DNA of 64,000 bases from Clostridia bacterium (GCA_017538255.1 JAFYJD010000025.1:131573-195572), one strand, 5' to 3'. Shown: positions 1 through 9,771, counted from the stretch's first letter. The notes: generated by a model from the letters alone, not told the origin. A program made the numbers and translations.

Positions 1-1128
1 ATAGGTATACGGAACGCGCTTGCGATTCATCCAATAGGCGAAGGCGTGCCCCGCTTCATGGGTAACGACCTCTATGTCGCCCTGCGTGCCGTTGAAGTTC
101 GCAAAGATGAACGGGCGCTCATACAAGGGCAGATCGCTCTGATAACCGCCGCCCTCCTTGCCCTCGGTCGAAAGCACGTCCATAAGTTCCTCATCGAGCA
201 TCGTGCGGAAATACTCGCTCGTTTCGGGGGAGAGTTCATCATAGAACTTTTTGGCTTCGTTAAGGATATCGTCCGCACTTCCTGCGGGGCGGGGATTTCC
301 GCTTCGATAGAAGAGCAGGTCGTCCGCATAGGAGAGCGGATAGGGCTTACCGATTCGCTTTGCCTGATCGCGTTTTATGCGCTCCGCTATCGGAACGACG
401 TATTTCACCACGGCGGCGCGGAACGCCTCCACATCCTTTTCGGTGTAGCAGTTGCGCTCCATACGGTAGTAGCCTAGGCGTGTATAGCCGCCGTAGCCGA
501 GGAGTTTGCCCATTTCGTCCCGCAGTTTGGTGAGTTCGTCATAGATGCCGTCGAGCCTTGCACGGTTATCCTTAAACCATTGACCCTGAACTTTCCACGC
601 CGACAGACGGCGTTCATCGTTTAGATCCTCTTTGAACGGCGCCATCTGTGAAAGCGTGTACTCGCCGCCCTCAAACGGTATTCTTGCCGAAGCGAGCAGC
701 TCGTCGTATTCACTGACGAGCGCGTTTTCGCGCTGAAGCTCCTCGATAAGTTCGGGCGAGAAGGTCTTTTTCGCCATCTCGGTCTTCATAAACAGCAGCT
801 CGCCGAATTCCTTTTCAAAATCCCTGCGGAATGGCGAAGCGATCAGCGCCTCGTTCCACTCCTGCTCAAACTCCTCGCACTCGGGCAGAAACTCGTCCCA
901 AAAATCCTTTTCCGCATCATAGAACTCATCGCGTGTGTCGATCGAATGGCGAATGTACGCAAGCGTGATAGGCGTATCAACGCGCTTGTACTCGGTATCG
1001 TATTCAATAAAGACCTGGCGGGCTTCATCATAGTTTTCGGCATTTTTCAGCTTTTCGGTCAGCGCCTTGATATTGCGCTTGATCTGCTCGCCGTCGGGGC
1101 GGGCGTAGGGCATCTCTTTAAAATTCAT
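1..1128 (-). CDS. M3-family oligoendopeptidase F-like zinc metallopeptidase, N-terminal 376 codons (C-terminus lies beyond the window start)
   Basis: Absent from the ORF track because it has no stop in the window. My translation of the minus strand from ATG 1128 (RBS AAGGAG in caaaggagataacacaATG) stays open to nt 1. HEAGH (HEXXH zinc motif) is encoded at 46-60. Confidence 0.8.
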   Translation of the reverse strand, partial: MNFKEMPYARPDGEQIKRNIKALTEKLKNAENYDEARQVFIEYDTEYKRVDTPITLAYIRHSIDTRDEFYDAEKDFWDEFLPECEEFEQEWNEALIASPFRRDFEKEFGELLFMKTEMAKKTFSPELIEELQRENALVSEYDELLASARIPFEGGEYTLSQMAPFKEDLNDERRLSAWKVQGQWFKDNRARLDGIYDELTKLRDEMGKLLGYGGYTRLGYYRMERNCYTEKDVEAFRAAVVKYVVPIAERIKRDQAKRIGKPYPLSYADDLLFYRSGNPRPAGSADDILNEAKKFYDELSPETSEYFRTMLDEELMDVLSTEGKEGGGYQSDLPLYERPFIFANFNGTQGDIEVVTHEAGHAFAYWMNRKRVPYTY

Positions 1129-1231
1129 TGTGTTATCTCCTTTGTATTTTATTGCTTATTATACCTTTTTGCATACCGTACCGTCAACGGTATAGCAGTC
1201 TTCGCCGAAGATGATCTTAACGAGGCCGCCC

Positions 1232-1741
1232 TTACAATTTCAAAACCGAGGGTATCTCGTCCCAGCCCTCGGGCAGTTTCTTTTCCTCAAAGCCGGACGA
1301 TGCGTAGAGTTTGCGTGCGACCTCGTTTTTGGGATCGTATGAGAGCCAGCAATAAGCGGCTTCGCCCGCAGGGAAGGTTCGGATGAAGTCCAGCGCGAGC
1401 GCAAGCGCGGTTCTGCCGTAGCCCTTGCCCTGATGCGCCGCATCTACCATAAAGCGCCAGAAAAGATAGCTTTTTTCAGCGTAATACGGCCTTTCATCCT
1501 CCTCGCCGTCGTAATCGTTCCTGTAATCATAGCCGATCATCATAAAGCCGACTGCCTCATCATCCGCATAGATCGCGAGGGGCTTGGCGTACCTGCCCGA
1601 AGCGTTGACCGCATACGCCTCGGCAAGACTGAACATATTGGACGCCACAAAGTTCTTCTGCTCCTCTGTGGGCTTGAGGTCGAGAACGGCCTCAATGTTT
1701 TTCGTGTTTATCTCCCTAAGGGTTATCTCCCTGTTTTCCAT
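1232..1741 (-). CDS. GNAT-family N-acetyltransferase
   Basis: ORF 1232..1828 trimmed to the internal ATG at 1741, which follows AAAGGAGAAAC. The acetyl-CoA-site-like motif QGKGYGRTALALAL is present. Confidence 0.75.
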   Translation of the reverse strand: MENREITLREINTKNIEAVLDLKPTEEQKNFVASNMFSLAEAYAVNASGRYAKPLAIYADDEAVGFMMIGYDYRNDYDGEEDERPYYAEKSYLFWRFMVDAAHQGKGYGRTALALALDFIRTFPAGEAAYCWLSYDPKNEVARKLYASSGFEEKKLPEGWDEIPSVLKL

Positions 1742-1850
1742 TTTTGTTTCTCCTTTGATAGTTTGCTTTGCAAAGCTCCATATAGATATTTTCATTCGGG
1801 TCCTCGCCCATTTCGATAACGAAATCATATTTTTTGTTTTTTTCTTTTGC

Positions 1851-2339
1851 CTATTGTAGCAAACATTCGTATATCAGAATGTCGGCTTCATCTTTTAATA
1901 ATACTGCATTGGGCAATTGATCGATAAGCGCGATGCTGTGATCGTTTCCTCGTTTCAGATCAAAAAGAACGCTTTTCAGCCCCAACGATTTAAGATAGTC
2001 CATAACTGCCAAGACGGAATCAACAGCTATGTGTTTTCTTCGGAATGGAGATGCCACCCAATAGTACAGATACAGTTCGCCTTTGCTCTGATCGTAATCA
2101 TACAAGCCTACTCTGCCGCACGGCTTGCCGTTATAGCAGATCACAAAGGTCTCCTCAAAGGGTGGGTTCTTTTCATCAACATAAGCAATGTCATATTCAA
2201 GTTTATAATCCTCGCCAATGGAAAACCATTGACTGATTTCCTTCAAATCCGACTTGAGTAACGGAAAAAGCGAAGCAGCATTCGCACGATCTATCGGCTT
2301 TAATAGAATACTGTGATTGACAAGCAAAGTGGTTTCCAT
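1851..2339 (-). CDS. GNAT-family N-acetyltransferase (RimJ/RimL-like)
   Basis: 162-aa ORF with GNAT-like size and core (WVASPFRRKHIAVDSVLAVMDY). It is in tandem with the preceding GNAT gene. Confidence 0.6.
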   Translation of the reverse strand: METTLLVNHSILLKPIDRANAASLFPLLKSDLKEISQWFSIGEDYKLEYDIAYVDEKNPPFEETFVICYNGKPCGRVGLYDYDQSKGELYLYYWVASPFRRKHIAVDSVLAVMDYLKSLGLKSVLFDLKRGNDHSIALIDQLPNAVLLKDEADILIYECLLQ

Positions 2340-2369
2340 AGTTTTTCTCCTTAGTTCTGTTTAATTTAG

Positions 2370-3353
2370 TCAATCATCCAAATAACCTAAGTTCTTCTGT
2401 TTCTTATACGCCTTATGACGTTTGGAGATCTCCTTCGTTTTGGCATAGTTGTTCGACCTTTCCGAGCCGAGCTCGCGGTAGAGTTTGAGCCTGCCTTCGC
2501 TCAGTTTGCCGCTTGCTATCGCCGCTTTCACGGCACAGTCGGGCTCGCCTTCGTGCCTGCAATTTGCAAATCTGCACAATTTTTCAAGCTCAACTATGTC
2601 TGAAAAGGCATCGTCCACCCCGTCCTCCGCGCAGGCAACGCCGATCTCGCGCATACCAGGCGTGTCTATGATGAATGCGCCGCAGTCAAGGCGGATCATC
2701 CGGCGGTGCGTGGTGGTGTGCCTGCCCTTGTCGTCACGCTCCCTAATCGCGGCGGTTTTCATGATCTCTTCGCCTGCAAGCGCGTTGATGAGCGTGGATT
2801 TGCCCGCACCGGACGAGCCCATAAGGCAGATCGTTTTTCCCTCCGTGAAATACTCCCAGAGCGCTTCGAGCCCTTCCCCGCTGAGCGCGGAAACGGCGTG
2901 TACGCGAAGCTTATCCGAAACCGCGGCGACCTCGAAAGCGTACCTATCAACATCCGAGCAGAGATCGGCTTTGGTGAGTATCGCAATTGGAACGCAGCCG
3001 CCCGCAAGCGCAATGCTCGTGTATCTTGCAATTCGGCTAACGCTGTAATCCTCGTTCAGCGAAGTAACGATAAAGCAAAAATCCACGTTCGCTGCCATGT
3101 ACTGGACCTGTCCCTGCCGAAATACATCTGGGCGCGAAAGCAGACTTTTTCGTGCAAGAACATGCTGAATAACCGATTCGCCCGAGGGATTATATATGAA
3201 TGAAACATAATCCCCTACGATCGGAAGTTCGGCGGGCGACCCGTCGTAAAAACCACCCTTGAGTTTCGCGAAAACCTCGCTGTCCTCAAAGTCAATTATG
3301 AAACTGTTTTTTCTTATCTCGCAGATCCTGCCGAGTTCAAATTGATTTTCCAT
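2370..3353 (-). CDS. rsgA: ribosome small-subunit-dependent GTPase A
   Basis: P-loop GSSGAGKSTLINAL, a circularly permuted GTPase layout, and a C-terminal Cys/His cluster CRFANCRHEGEPDCAV. GGAGA RBS before the ATG. Confidence 0.9.
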   Translation of the reverse strand: MENQFELGRICEIRKNSFIIDFEDSEVFAKLKGGFYDGSPAELPIVGDYVSFIYNPSGESVIQHVLARKSLLSRPDVFRQGQVQYMAANVDFCFIVTSLNEDYSVSRIARYTSIALAGGCVPIAILTKADLCSDVDRYAFEVAAVSDKLRVHAVSALSGEGLEALWEYFTEGKTICLMGSSGAGKSTLINALAGEEIMKTAAIRERDDKGRHTTTHRRMIRLDCGAFIIDTPGMREIGVACAEDGVDDAFSDIVELEKLCRFANCRHEGEPDCAVKAAIASGKLSEGRLKLYRELGSERSNNYAKTKEISKRHKAYKKQKNLGYLDD

Positions 3354-3734
3354 TTAAGTAATCTCCATCGGTATTTTGTGCGTTACAGTATGGAGACCTC
3401 GGCTTGGCCCGAAAAGTGTAAAATAAAACCGTGACAGGAGCCACGGCCAAAAAACTGATTTAATTCTTCAGGAATTAAAATACACAAACCGAGGTCAACA
3501 TACGATATTCAACTGCCTTGTAGTTATTTTGAATGTTCATTTTAGTTTACCTCGCTTTCTTTATTATTTGGCAATATCAGTATAACAGATGCACACTCAA
3601 AAGTCAACACGGTTTTTTATAAAACGGGCATTGTATGGCAAGCCTCCGAAAACGCATATCCGGCCTTATATGCCCCCATTGAAGTTCGGTTTTGCCGATT
3701 TTCTATAAAAGTATGGCGCAAACCGCAGTTTTGA

Positions 3735-3743
3735 TGGTATAAT
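3735..3743 (+). promoter_or_regulatory. extended -10 element (TGgTATAAT) upstream of the MBL-fold gene
   Basis: TG at 3735-3736 and TATAAT at 3738-3743, about 55 nt before ATG 3798. No good -35 was seen. Confidence 0.3.
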
Positions 3744-3797
3744 ATGATCGTAACTTGCGATATGCATTTAATGAACATAGTTTAGGAGACTGATGTA

Positions 3798-4652
3798 ATG
3801 CTGAAAAGATTTATAAAAATCGTTCATACGATAATTGCGTTTAGTGCGGCTCTTTGCCTGCTTATTTCCTGCGCCTGCGTCGGAAAGCACAATAACGATC
3901 TTCAAGTGTGTTTTTTAAAGGTCGGCAAAGCGGATGCGATCGTGCTTGTTGAGGACGGGAAATGTCTTGTGATCGACACCGGCGAGGATGACGACGGCGC
4001 GGACGTGGCGCAATACATCAAGTCGCACGAAATAGCCGCAATAGACGTTCTAATCATCACACATTACGATAAGGATCATATCGGGGGCGCTGAAAGGCTT
4101 ATAAACGAATTCAAGATAGAGCGAGCGATATTGCCTGACTATGCTCCGGAAAACCCGATGTACGACGCACTTATCAGCGCGCTTGGCGACGCTAATATTT
4201 CGGTTGAACGGCTCGATAAGCCTACGGAGTTTGCGTTTGCTTCATCAACTGTCAAAGTGGAGCCGCCGAGCGAATATCCAAAAGCCGATGGCGGCAAGGA
4301 AACGGATAACGATTCCTCGCTTATCACGACGGTCATCCACGGCAAAAACAGATTTGTATTTATGGGCGATGCAGAGAAAAAGCGCATACGCGATTATCTC
4401 GACAATGGCGACGCACAGGCGTGCGATCTTATCAAAATGCCGCATCACGGCGACTATAACAAGGCGCTGAAAGAACTCATCGAGCGGCTTTCCCCAAAGT
4501 ATGCCGTCATATGTTCATCGGATAAGAATCCCGCAGAGTCGCGCACTCTCGATTTGCTCAATGACAGCGGATGCAGCGCTTACGAAACTCGCGCCGGCAA
4601 TGTGATCGTTATAAGCAGCGGCACTAAACTTACGATAAGGCAATCGCGCTGA
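3798..4652 (+). CDS. MBL-fold metallo-hydrolase (ComEC C-terminal-domain-like), probable lipoprotein
   Basis: Signal peptide with a lipobox-like LISCAC, an ITHYDKDHIGG metal motif, and a later MPHHGD. AGGAGA RBS. Confidence 0.75.
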   Translation: MLKRFIKIVHTIIAFSAALCLLISCACVGKHNNDLQVCFLKVGKADAIVLVEDGKCLVIDTGEDDDGADVAQYIKSHEIAAIDVLIITHYDKDHIGGAERLINEFKIERAILPDYAPENPMYDALISALGDANISVERLDKPTEFAFASSTVKVEPPSEYPKADGGKETDNDSSLITTVIHGKNRFVFMGDAEKKRIRDYLDNGDAQACDLIKMPHHGDYNKALKELIERLSPKYAVICSSDKNPAESRTLDLLNDSGCSAYETRAGNVIVISSGTKLTIRQSR

Positions 4653-4783
4653 AAAGGTCGTTGAAGCGCCTCAAAGCTATGCTTCCTGCTCATTATCCGT
4701 TGTTCCTGCATAGAGTTTTTTAAAATGCCCCGAAAAGCATACGCCGGTTTCATTTTTCAGGCAAATATGCATAACAGAAAATA

Positions 4784-4830
4784 AAGATCTCTCCTGCCTT
4801 GCACGGCACGAGAGATCTTGTTCTTTGAAT
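4784..4830. terminator. bidirectional intrinsic terminator between convergent genes
   Basis: 10-bp stem aagatctctc/gagagatctt (4784-4793 / 4810-4819), flanked by an A-run on the left and a T-rich run on the right. Confidence 0.6.
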
Positions 4831-4892
4831 TGTTTACAAGCCGAACGCGTTACCCGAGAAAGCAATCGGCTTCGGCGTTTTAAGCGCGAACT

Positions 4893-5573
4893 TTACGCCA
4901 CGATATCGCCCTTATGAGTGATCAGCGTTACATCGCCTACGCCATCATACTTTGAGAGTTTCTCGATAAATCTTGTATTCCTGTTCTTTAAGCGAACCTC
5001 CGCCGTGAGTTCAACTACGCCTTCGCGCGCGACCTTGCTCTTGACCTTATAATTGCCTATATGGCCAAGCAGCGAATCGACAGCCTCACGTCCGCGTTCG
5101 TCATAGTGAACGATAAGCAAGTAGGATTCATTGCCATTGCGGCGAACAAGGTTCAGAATGACCATAGCCGCACCGATGATCACAGCGGCAATTATGGCCT
5201 CAAGATAGTACGCAGTTCCGACGGCTATACCCTCGCCGACGGCCCAGAACATATACACGGTATCAAGAGGATCCTTGACCGCAGTTCTGAAACGGATTAT
5301 CGACAGCGCGCCGACCATACCGAGGCTCAAGGTAAGGTTATTGTTAATAAGCATCAACATAAGCGCTGTAACGACGCAGAGTATTACATAACTGATATTG
5401 AGGTTCCTCGAATACAGCACGCCCGAAAACGTCAGCCTGTATATGAAGAATACGAAGAGACCTACCGCCAGCCCGAGAGCAAGCGTTACCAGGAGTTTTG
5501 AAAACTCGATCTGCATAGAGAAAACATCTCCGAAGCTTGTAGCAGCACCTAAAACATTGTTCATTTGATTCAC
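4893..5573 (-). CDS. DUF4956-like integral membrane protein
   Basis: 226 aa with several TM helices and the segment GALSIIRFRTAVKDPLDTVYMFWAV that I associate with DUF4956. GAGGTG RBS. Last gene of the CotH/VTC cassette. Confidence 0.7.
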   Translation of the reverse strand: MNQMNNVLGAATSFGDVFSMQIEFSKLLVTLALGLAVGLFVFFIYRLTFSGVLYSRNLNISYVILCVVTALMLMLINNNLTLSLGMVGALSIIRFRTAVKDPLDTVYMFWAVGEGIAVGTAYYLEAIIAAVIIGAAMVILNLVRRNGNESYLLIVHYDERGREAVDSLLGHIGNYKVKSKVAREGVVELTAEVRLKNRNTRFIEKLSKYDGVGDVTLITHKGDIVA

Positions 5574-5625
5574 CTCATAATAATATTCTTATTTTTTGGC
5601 GCAAGCGCCGTATTTGATTCGTTGA

Positions 5626-6327
5626 TCACATTTCAAATTGGCGGCAAAGCACATACTTGCTGACCGCCGAACGAACGGGAGCGTCCGCCTGAACTATCGA
5701 CGCGATAAAGTCCGGAAGCACTTCGTCGAACTTAACCTCAAGTACTACGATGCCCGACGGAAGCACCGGGTATGTCGGAAGATCGGGGTCAAAAATATCC
5801 GTCATCCTGTATGCGGATCGAATATCCTTGTCGAACGTTACGCGGACGTTGCCGTACGGGAATACATACGGTTCACGCATATAATCCACCAGTACGCGAG
5901 GACGCATAGGCTCGAGTTTGAACTTAAGTTGCAGCTGCCGCGCGAACGCCTCGTCCCTTTCCGCCAAGAAGCCATAATCGCCTTTAATCATACGGCGGCA
6001 CTCGTCCGGCGAAATAGATATGCTGTCCTTCTTGATGTAGCTGCCTTCCTTGTGCTTACACTCAAGTTTTATCACACCGTCGTCAAGGTTATAGATCCTT
6101 ATCCTGTGTTTATCCCTAAAATCCACACCGCTCATCTTATCTCGGAACGCGGAATCCTCCAAGTCGTCAAAGTAAAGACTTCGTATAAAATACTCACCTT
6201 TTGGACCGGCGTTCTTATCCCTCGACATCAACGCTCCGATGCGCTTTGATATTACCCGATAATCCGCATAGTTCAGATAGTATTTAAGCTCGTGCCTATA
6301 TCCCAGAGGCTGGTTTTTAATCTGCAC
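5626..6327 (-). CDS. VTC-domain (polyphosphate-polymerase-like triphosphate-tunnel) protein
   Basis: YRHELKYYL near the N-terminus, then IRSLYFDD, RIRIY and LEVKF beta-strand motifs typical of VTC/CYTH tunnel folds. I prefer GTG 6327 (GGAGG 9 nt upstream) to the track start at 6333. It overlaps the CotH stop by 11 nt. Confidence 0.7.
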   Translation of the reverse strand: MQIKNQPLGYRHELKYYLNYADYRVISKRIGALMSRDKNAGPKGEYFIRSLYFDDLEDSAFRDKMSGVDFRDKHRIRIYNLDDGVIKLECKHKEGSYIKKDSISISPDECRRMIKGDYGFLAERDEAFARQLQLKFKLEPMRPRVLVDYMREPYVFPYGNVRVTFDKDIRSAYRMTDIFDPDLPTYPVLPSGIVVLEVKFDEVLPDFIASIVQADAPVRSAVSKYVLCRQFEM

Positions 6328-9300
6328 CGCCAAAAACCTCCTTCATATATTCATTGCTCAAACCGAACATTGTCTTGATGCTCTTGCGCATCTCTGCCGG
6401 ACGCATCTCGGCATATGTGCGGATCTTTTTGATATTGCGCTCAAATCTGTCATACGTTGCATAGTTTATCGGATCAACGTAATTGAAATACGGTGAGTCC
6501 TCCGAATTGAACAGACTTCGTTCACGGGCTATCTCCGGACTGACTTGTTCGTAGAGTTCGTCTATGCATTTCAGAACGTGCTGCGTTTCAAAAACAGTAT
6601 TCATCAGATAACCGAATCGCCTAAGAAACGCATCACGCCAATCGCTTCTTTTAAGAAGTTTATTGAAAAGCGTCGACATCGGTCGTTCATTCTCGCGGCG
6701 GGCCGAGAGCGTACTATGCTCGTAACTGTTCCAGCCCCAACAGAAATCGTAATAAATGAAGCGCCATTTGCCGTTATCGCCGCATCTGTACATCTGGATA
6801 TTCCAATAATCCGTATTGCCTACGTATATCTCGCAGATCATATAATCCATAAAGGAATCGAGGTCGATGCGGTCGGCTACGTATTTATAATTCTCCTCTT
6901 TTGTAAGATCAATGGTTTCGATATAATCAAGGAGCGTAGTCCACTCCTTTGGCGAGCCGTAACTGGCTCGCGATCTGCCCTTAACAAGGATCATATCCGA
7001 CGGATCGTCCCAGTCCTCATGGAATGCAACGAAGAAACGGTTGCGTTTTTCCCTCATAAAATAGACGCCCCAATACTTTCCGTTAAGGTAAAGCACGTAG
7101 GTCTTGTAATCCTGATAGAGAAATCTGACGTCGGAGTCCTTAAGTACGGCAACGGAGAGTTCGTCCCTTATCTTGCCGTTGGCTTGATCCTGCGCGCCGC
7201 ACCTTAAAACTAGGGACTTATAACTGTCGGTGTCCTGATCCTCAAAGAAAGCGTAGTTCATACGATCCTTGCCGTATTCGTCCCGCGCCATCACGGCAAA
7301 CCCCTTTTGTTCCCTTCCCCTGCCGTATGAGCCGGATATGCTGATGCCTATATTCTGCTCGAATACGCACTGACCGTCATCATTGAAAACTTCAAACGAT
7401 GCAGGCCTTTCCCAATCCTGCCAAAACTGAGCGGTTTTCCAGTACGGCCACGAATCCTCTTCCGAACTCCATTGGTCGCCGTAGGCATATATGCCTGTTT
7501 TGCTGCTCCAAAGATTGTCCGGCGCCGTTACAAGAGATATCACAGGCAGCGTGTGGTCTACTTGATCCGCAGAAAGCAGATAAGTTCCTGTTTTTGACGA
7601 AAAACCGTTGAAGTAGCCTTCGCGGTATGTAACGGCACGGATGACTGTATTCTTGTTGACCTCAATGGGGCCCGAATACTGCGCGGAACCTCTGCCTGGC
7701 TCGGTGCAATCCGTTGTATAATAGATGACTTCGCCGGGCTCGCACGAAAGTTCTACGGTCATAGGCGCATCATAAATACCCGGATTCACGCTGAATACAG
7801 GTACCGAAGTGCTTCCGCGGAAAGCGGCTTCCGTATCGTTCGCTTCATTGGGTGTTGCCTTTGTGTAGAGCATTACCTCGCCCGAACTTGAACGACCGAG
7901 GGTCATCCCCGGAAAAAAAGCGGGGCTTTTGATCTTATCTATGCAGCTGCCGTTTGAATTAAAGAGATAAACCGTTTCACCCGAAGAGGATATGTTGAAT
8001 CCTGTTATCAGTTGAGGGTCTGTTATCCCCATAGATTTTTCGCTGTCAAGCGCAAGCACACAGAGATACTGACCCGCATCGATAACGGTTCCTTCGGGAA
8101 ACGTGAATTCGCCCGGATTTCCCGGTGATAAACTCAAGCCGCATCCCGAAAGATCGAACGGCTCGTTATTTGCATTATAAAGTTCGATATAATCCGGATA
8201 GAATGCTTTTTGATTATCCGGCGTAAGTTGTATCCCGCAATCGCCTGTACCGGCGATCTCGGATATGAATATTCCCTCCGGCGGCACATATGCGGTAACG
8301 AACGCTTCATAACCGTCCTGTGTATTGGGATAACCCGGCGTCGGCTTGTCTGTCTTTTCAAACTCGCCCGTACCGTCGGGTACTCTTTGGAACGACTCGT
8401 CATGTCCGGCACGGCTGTATTCCATACTGTCTATCAGATTTCCGTCCCGATCAGAGATCAATATGCTCTCGCCATATGCCGCAAGTCCAAACGCAGCGTG
8501 GAAAACGGTTTTTCCGGAGTTTGGATCGATCGTACTCTCCTGTGGTACGGGAACATAACCTCCGTCCTCCCCTTCCGTACCGGCCGATACGCAGAATACT
8601 ATAACATAATCGTGCGCCCCGATCTTAGCTCCTTCCGGGAAGGCGTATTTTTGCGGTTTTGATGGATTGTCGGACAGGGTTATGCCGGACAGATCCACCT
8701 CGGCGTCGCTCAAATTATAGATTTCGACCCAATCCGGGAAACTGCCCGATCCGTCGTCAAGAACGGTTCTGTTGGATGGCATAACTTCGTTTATCGCAAG
8801 CACGCCTTTAAACTTTGAAACCGCATTCGGCTGACCCGGGGCATTCTGCGCCGCGGCCTTGTATGCCGCGATACCGGCTTCATTATTCGGAAAGCCAGGC
8901 GATGGCTCAAGTTCGTCCCAAGAATCGTTGATGAGGGCAAGCGATCTGCCCGGGATCGTTTCGCGCAGTTCTATGCTGTCTTTAACATCACCCGAAGGCT
9001 TATAGAGTATTACCTCGTCGAATGCGGAGAGGCGGAATCCTGTATGCATATTGCCGATGCTTGTATCGCCCGAGCACCAAATCACAAGGTATCCGTCTGG
9101 CTCGAGTTCAACACCTGCCGGTATCGCATATTTTACACCTTTTTGCAGGCTGTCGCTCAACCCCCAGCCGGTTAAATTGACCCTGCTGTTTCCCGCGTTA
9201 TGAAGTTCGATAAAGTCATATGTTCCGCCGTCCGGCGCGACGACCTCACCGCTGTTTTTGAGAAGCACTTCGCTGATGACTATATCCATAGTCGACGCGC

Positions 9301-9388
9301 CGCCGCCCTTTGAGGCAATGACCGCCACTATAATAATTATTAAAATAACAAGTATTGCCGCCACGGCGATCGTTACTGCTCTCTTCAT
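6317..9388 (-). CDS. membrane-anchored CotH-family kinase-like protein with three lamin-tail-domain repeats
   Basis: N-terminal TM helix. Three LTD-like modules (ISEV..FIELHN, INEV..WVEIYN, ISEI..YIELYN). A chitobiase/FN3-associated-like segment (IYYTTDCTEP). C-terminal CotH-like region (YVLYLNGKYWGVYFMREK ... YWNIQMYRC). Confidence 0.8.
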   Translation of the reverse strand: MKRAVTIAVAAILVILIIIIVAVIASKGGGASTMDIVISEVLLKNSGEVVAPDGGTYDFIELHNAGNSRVNLTGWGLSDSLQKGVKYAIPAGVELEPDGYLVIWCSGDTSIGNMHTGFRLSAFDEVILYKPSGDVKDSIELRETIPGRSLALINDSWDELEPSPGFPNNEAGIAAYKAAAQNAPGQPNAVSKFKGVLAINEVMPSNRTVLDDGSGSFPDWVEIYNLSDAEVDLSGITLSDNPSKPQKYAFPEGAKIGAHDYVIVFCVSAGTEGEDGGYVPVPQESTIDPNSGKTVFHAAFGLAAYGESILISDRDGNLIDSMEYSRAGHDESFQRVPDGTGEFEKTDKPTPGYPNTQDGYEAFVTAYVPPEGIFISEIAGTGDCGIQLTPDNQKAFYPDYIELYNANNEPFDLSGCGLSLSPGNPGEFTFPEGTVIDAGQYLCVLALDSEKSMGITDPQLITGFNISSSGETVYLFNSNGSCIDKIKSPAFFPGMTLGRSSSGEVMLYTKATPNEANDTEAAFRGSTSVPVFSVNPGIYDAPMTVELSCEPGEVIYYTTDCTEPGRGSAQYSGPIEVNKNTVIRAVTYREGYFNGFSSKTGTYLLSADQVDHTLPVISLVTAPDNLWSSKTGIYAYGDQWSSEEDSWPYWKTAQFWQDWERPASFEVFNDDGQCVFEQNIGISISGSYGRGREQKGFAVMARDEYGKDRMNYAFFEDQDTDSYKSLVLRCGAQDQANGKIRDELSVAVLKDSDVRFLYQDYKTYVLYLNGKYWGVYFMREKRNRFFVAFHEDWDDPSDMILVKGRSRASYGSPKEWTTLLDYIETIDLTKEENYKYVADRIDLDSFMDYMICEIYVGNTDYWNIQMYRCGDNGKWRFIYYDFCWGWNSYEHSTLSARRENERPMSTLFNKLLKRSDWRDAFLRRFGYLMNTVFETQHVLKCIDELYEQVSPEIARERSLFNSEDSPYFNYVDPINYATYDRFERNIKKIRTYAEMRPAEMRKSIKTMFGLSNEYMKEVFGGAD

Positions 9389-9435
9389 AATTAAAACCTC
9401 CGCGTATTACAACCATATTCAAATACACTTAGACT

Positions 9436-9464
9436 ATTTTATCATATTCGTCATAATTATGCAA
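9436..9464 (-). promoter_or_regulatory. sigma-A-type promoter for the CotH cassette
   Basis: The minus strand reads TTGCAT-17 nt-TAAAAT, about 45 nt upstream of ATG 9388. Confidence 0.5.
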
Positions 9465-9582
9465 TATCTATTTTAAAGCCGTTTCAAGCGCGTCGTCTGC
9501 GCTGTTTCACGGCTTTACTGCGGTTTGAATGTTCAACCTTATGCAACCAAGTCGCGCTCCACTGTATTATGCGAGGCTTGAG

Positions 9583-9627
9583 CAAAAACGAAAACGCCGT
9601 TGCGAACGACATAAGTCCGCAACGGCG
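9583..9627 (-). terminator. intrinsic terminator after tRNA-Ala
   Basis: 11-bp stem acgccgttgcg/cgcaacggcgt followed by TTTTCGTTTTT on the minus strand. Confidence 0.7.
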
Positions 9628-9703
9628 TGGTGGAGCATAGCGGACTCGAACCGCTGACATCCACACTGCCAGTGTGGCACTCTACCAGCTGAGCTAATGC
9701 CCC
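9628..9703 (-). tRNA. tRNA-Ala (anticodon GGC), CCA encoded
   Basis: 76-nt cloverleaf folded by hand. The acceptor stem GGGGCAT/ATGCTCC has the G3:U70 Ala identity pair. The anticodon loop is CTGGCAG and the T-loop is TTCGAGT. Confidence 0.9.
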
Positions 9704-9715
9704 GAAACGCATTGT

Positions 9716-9743
9716 ATTATACAACATCGTTTCGAATTTGTAA
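9716..9743 (-). promoter_or_regulatory. sigma-A-type promoter for tRNA-Ala
   Basis: The minus strand reads TTACAA-16 nt-TATAAT. The -10 ends about 12 nt before the tRNA 5' end. Confidence 0.55.
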
Positions 9744-9771
9744 AGTGCTAATTTAATATATTGATCAAAAA

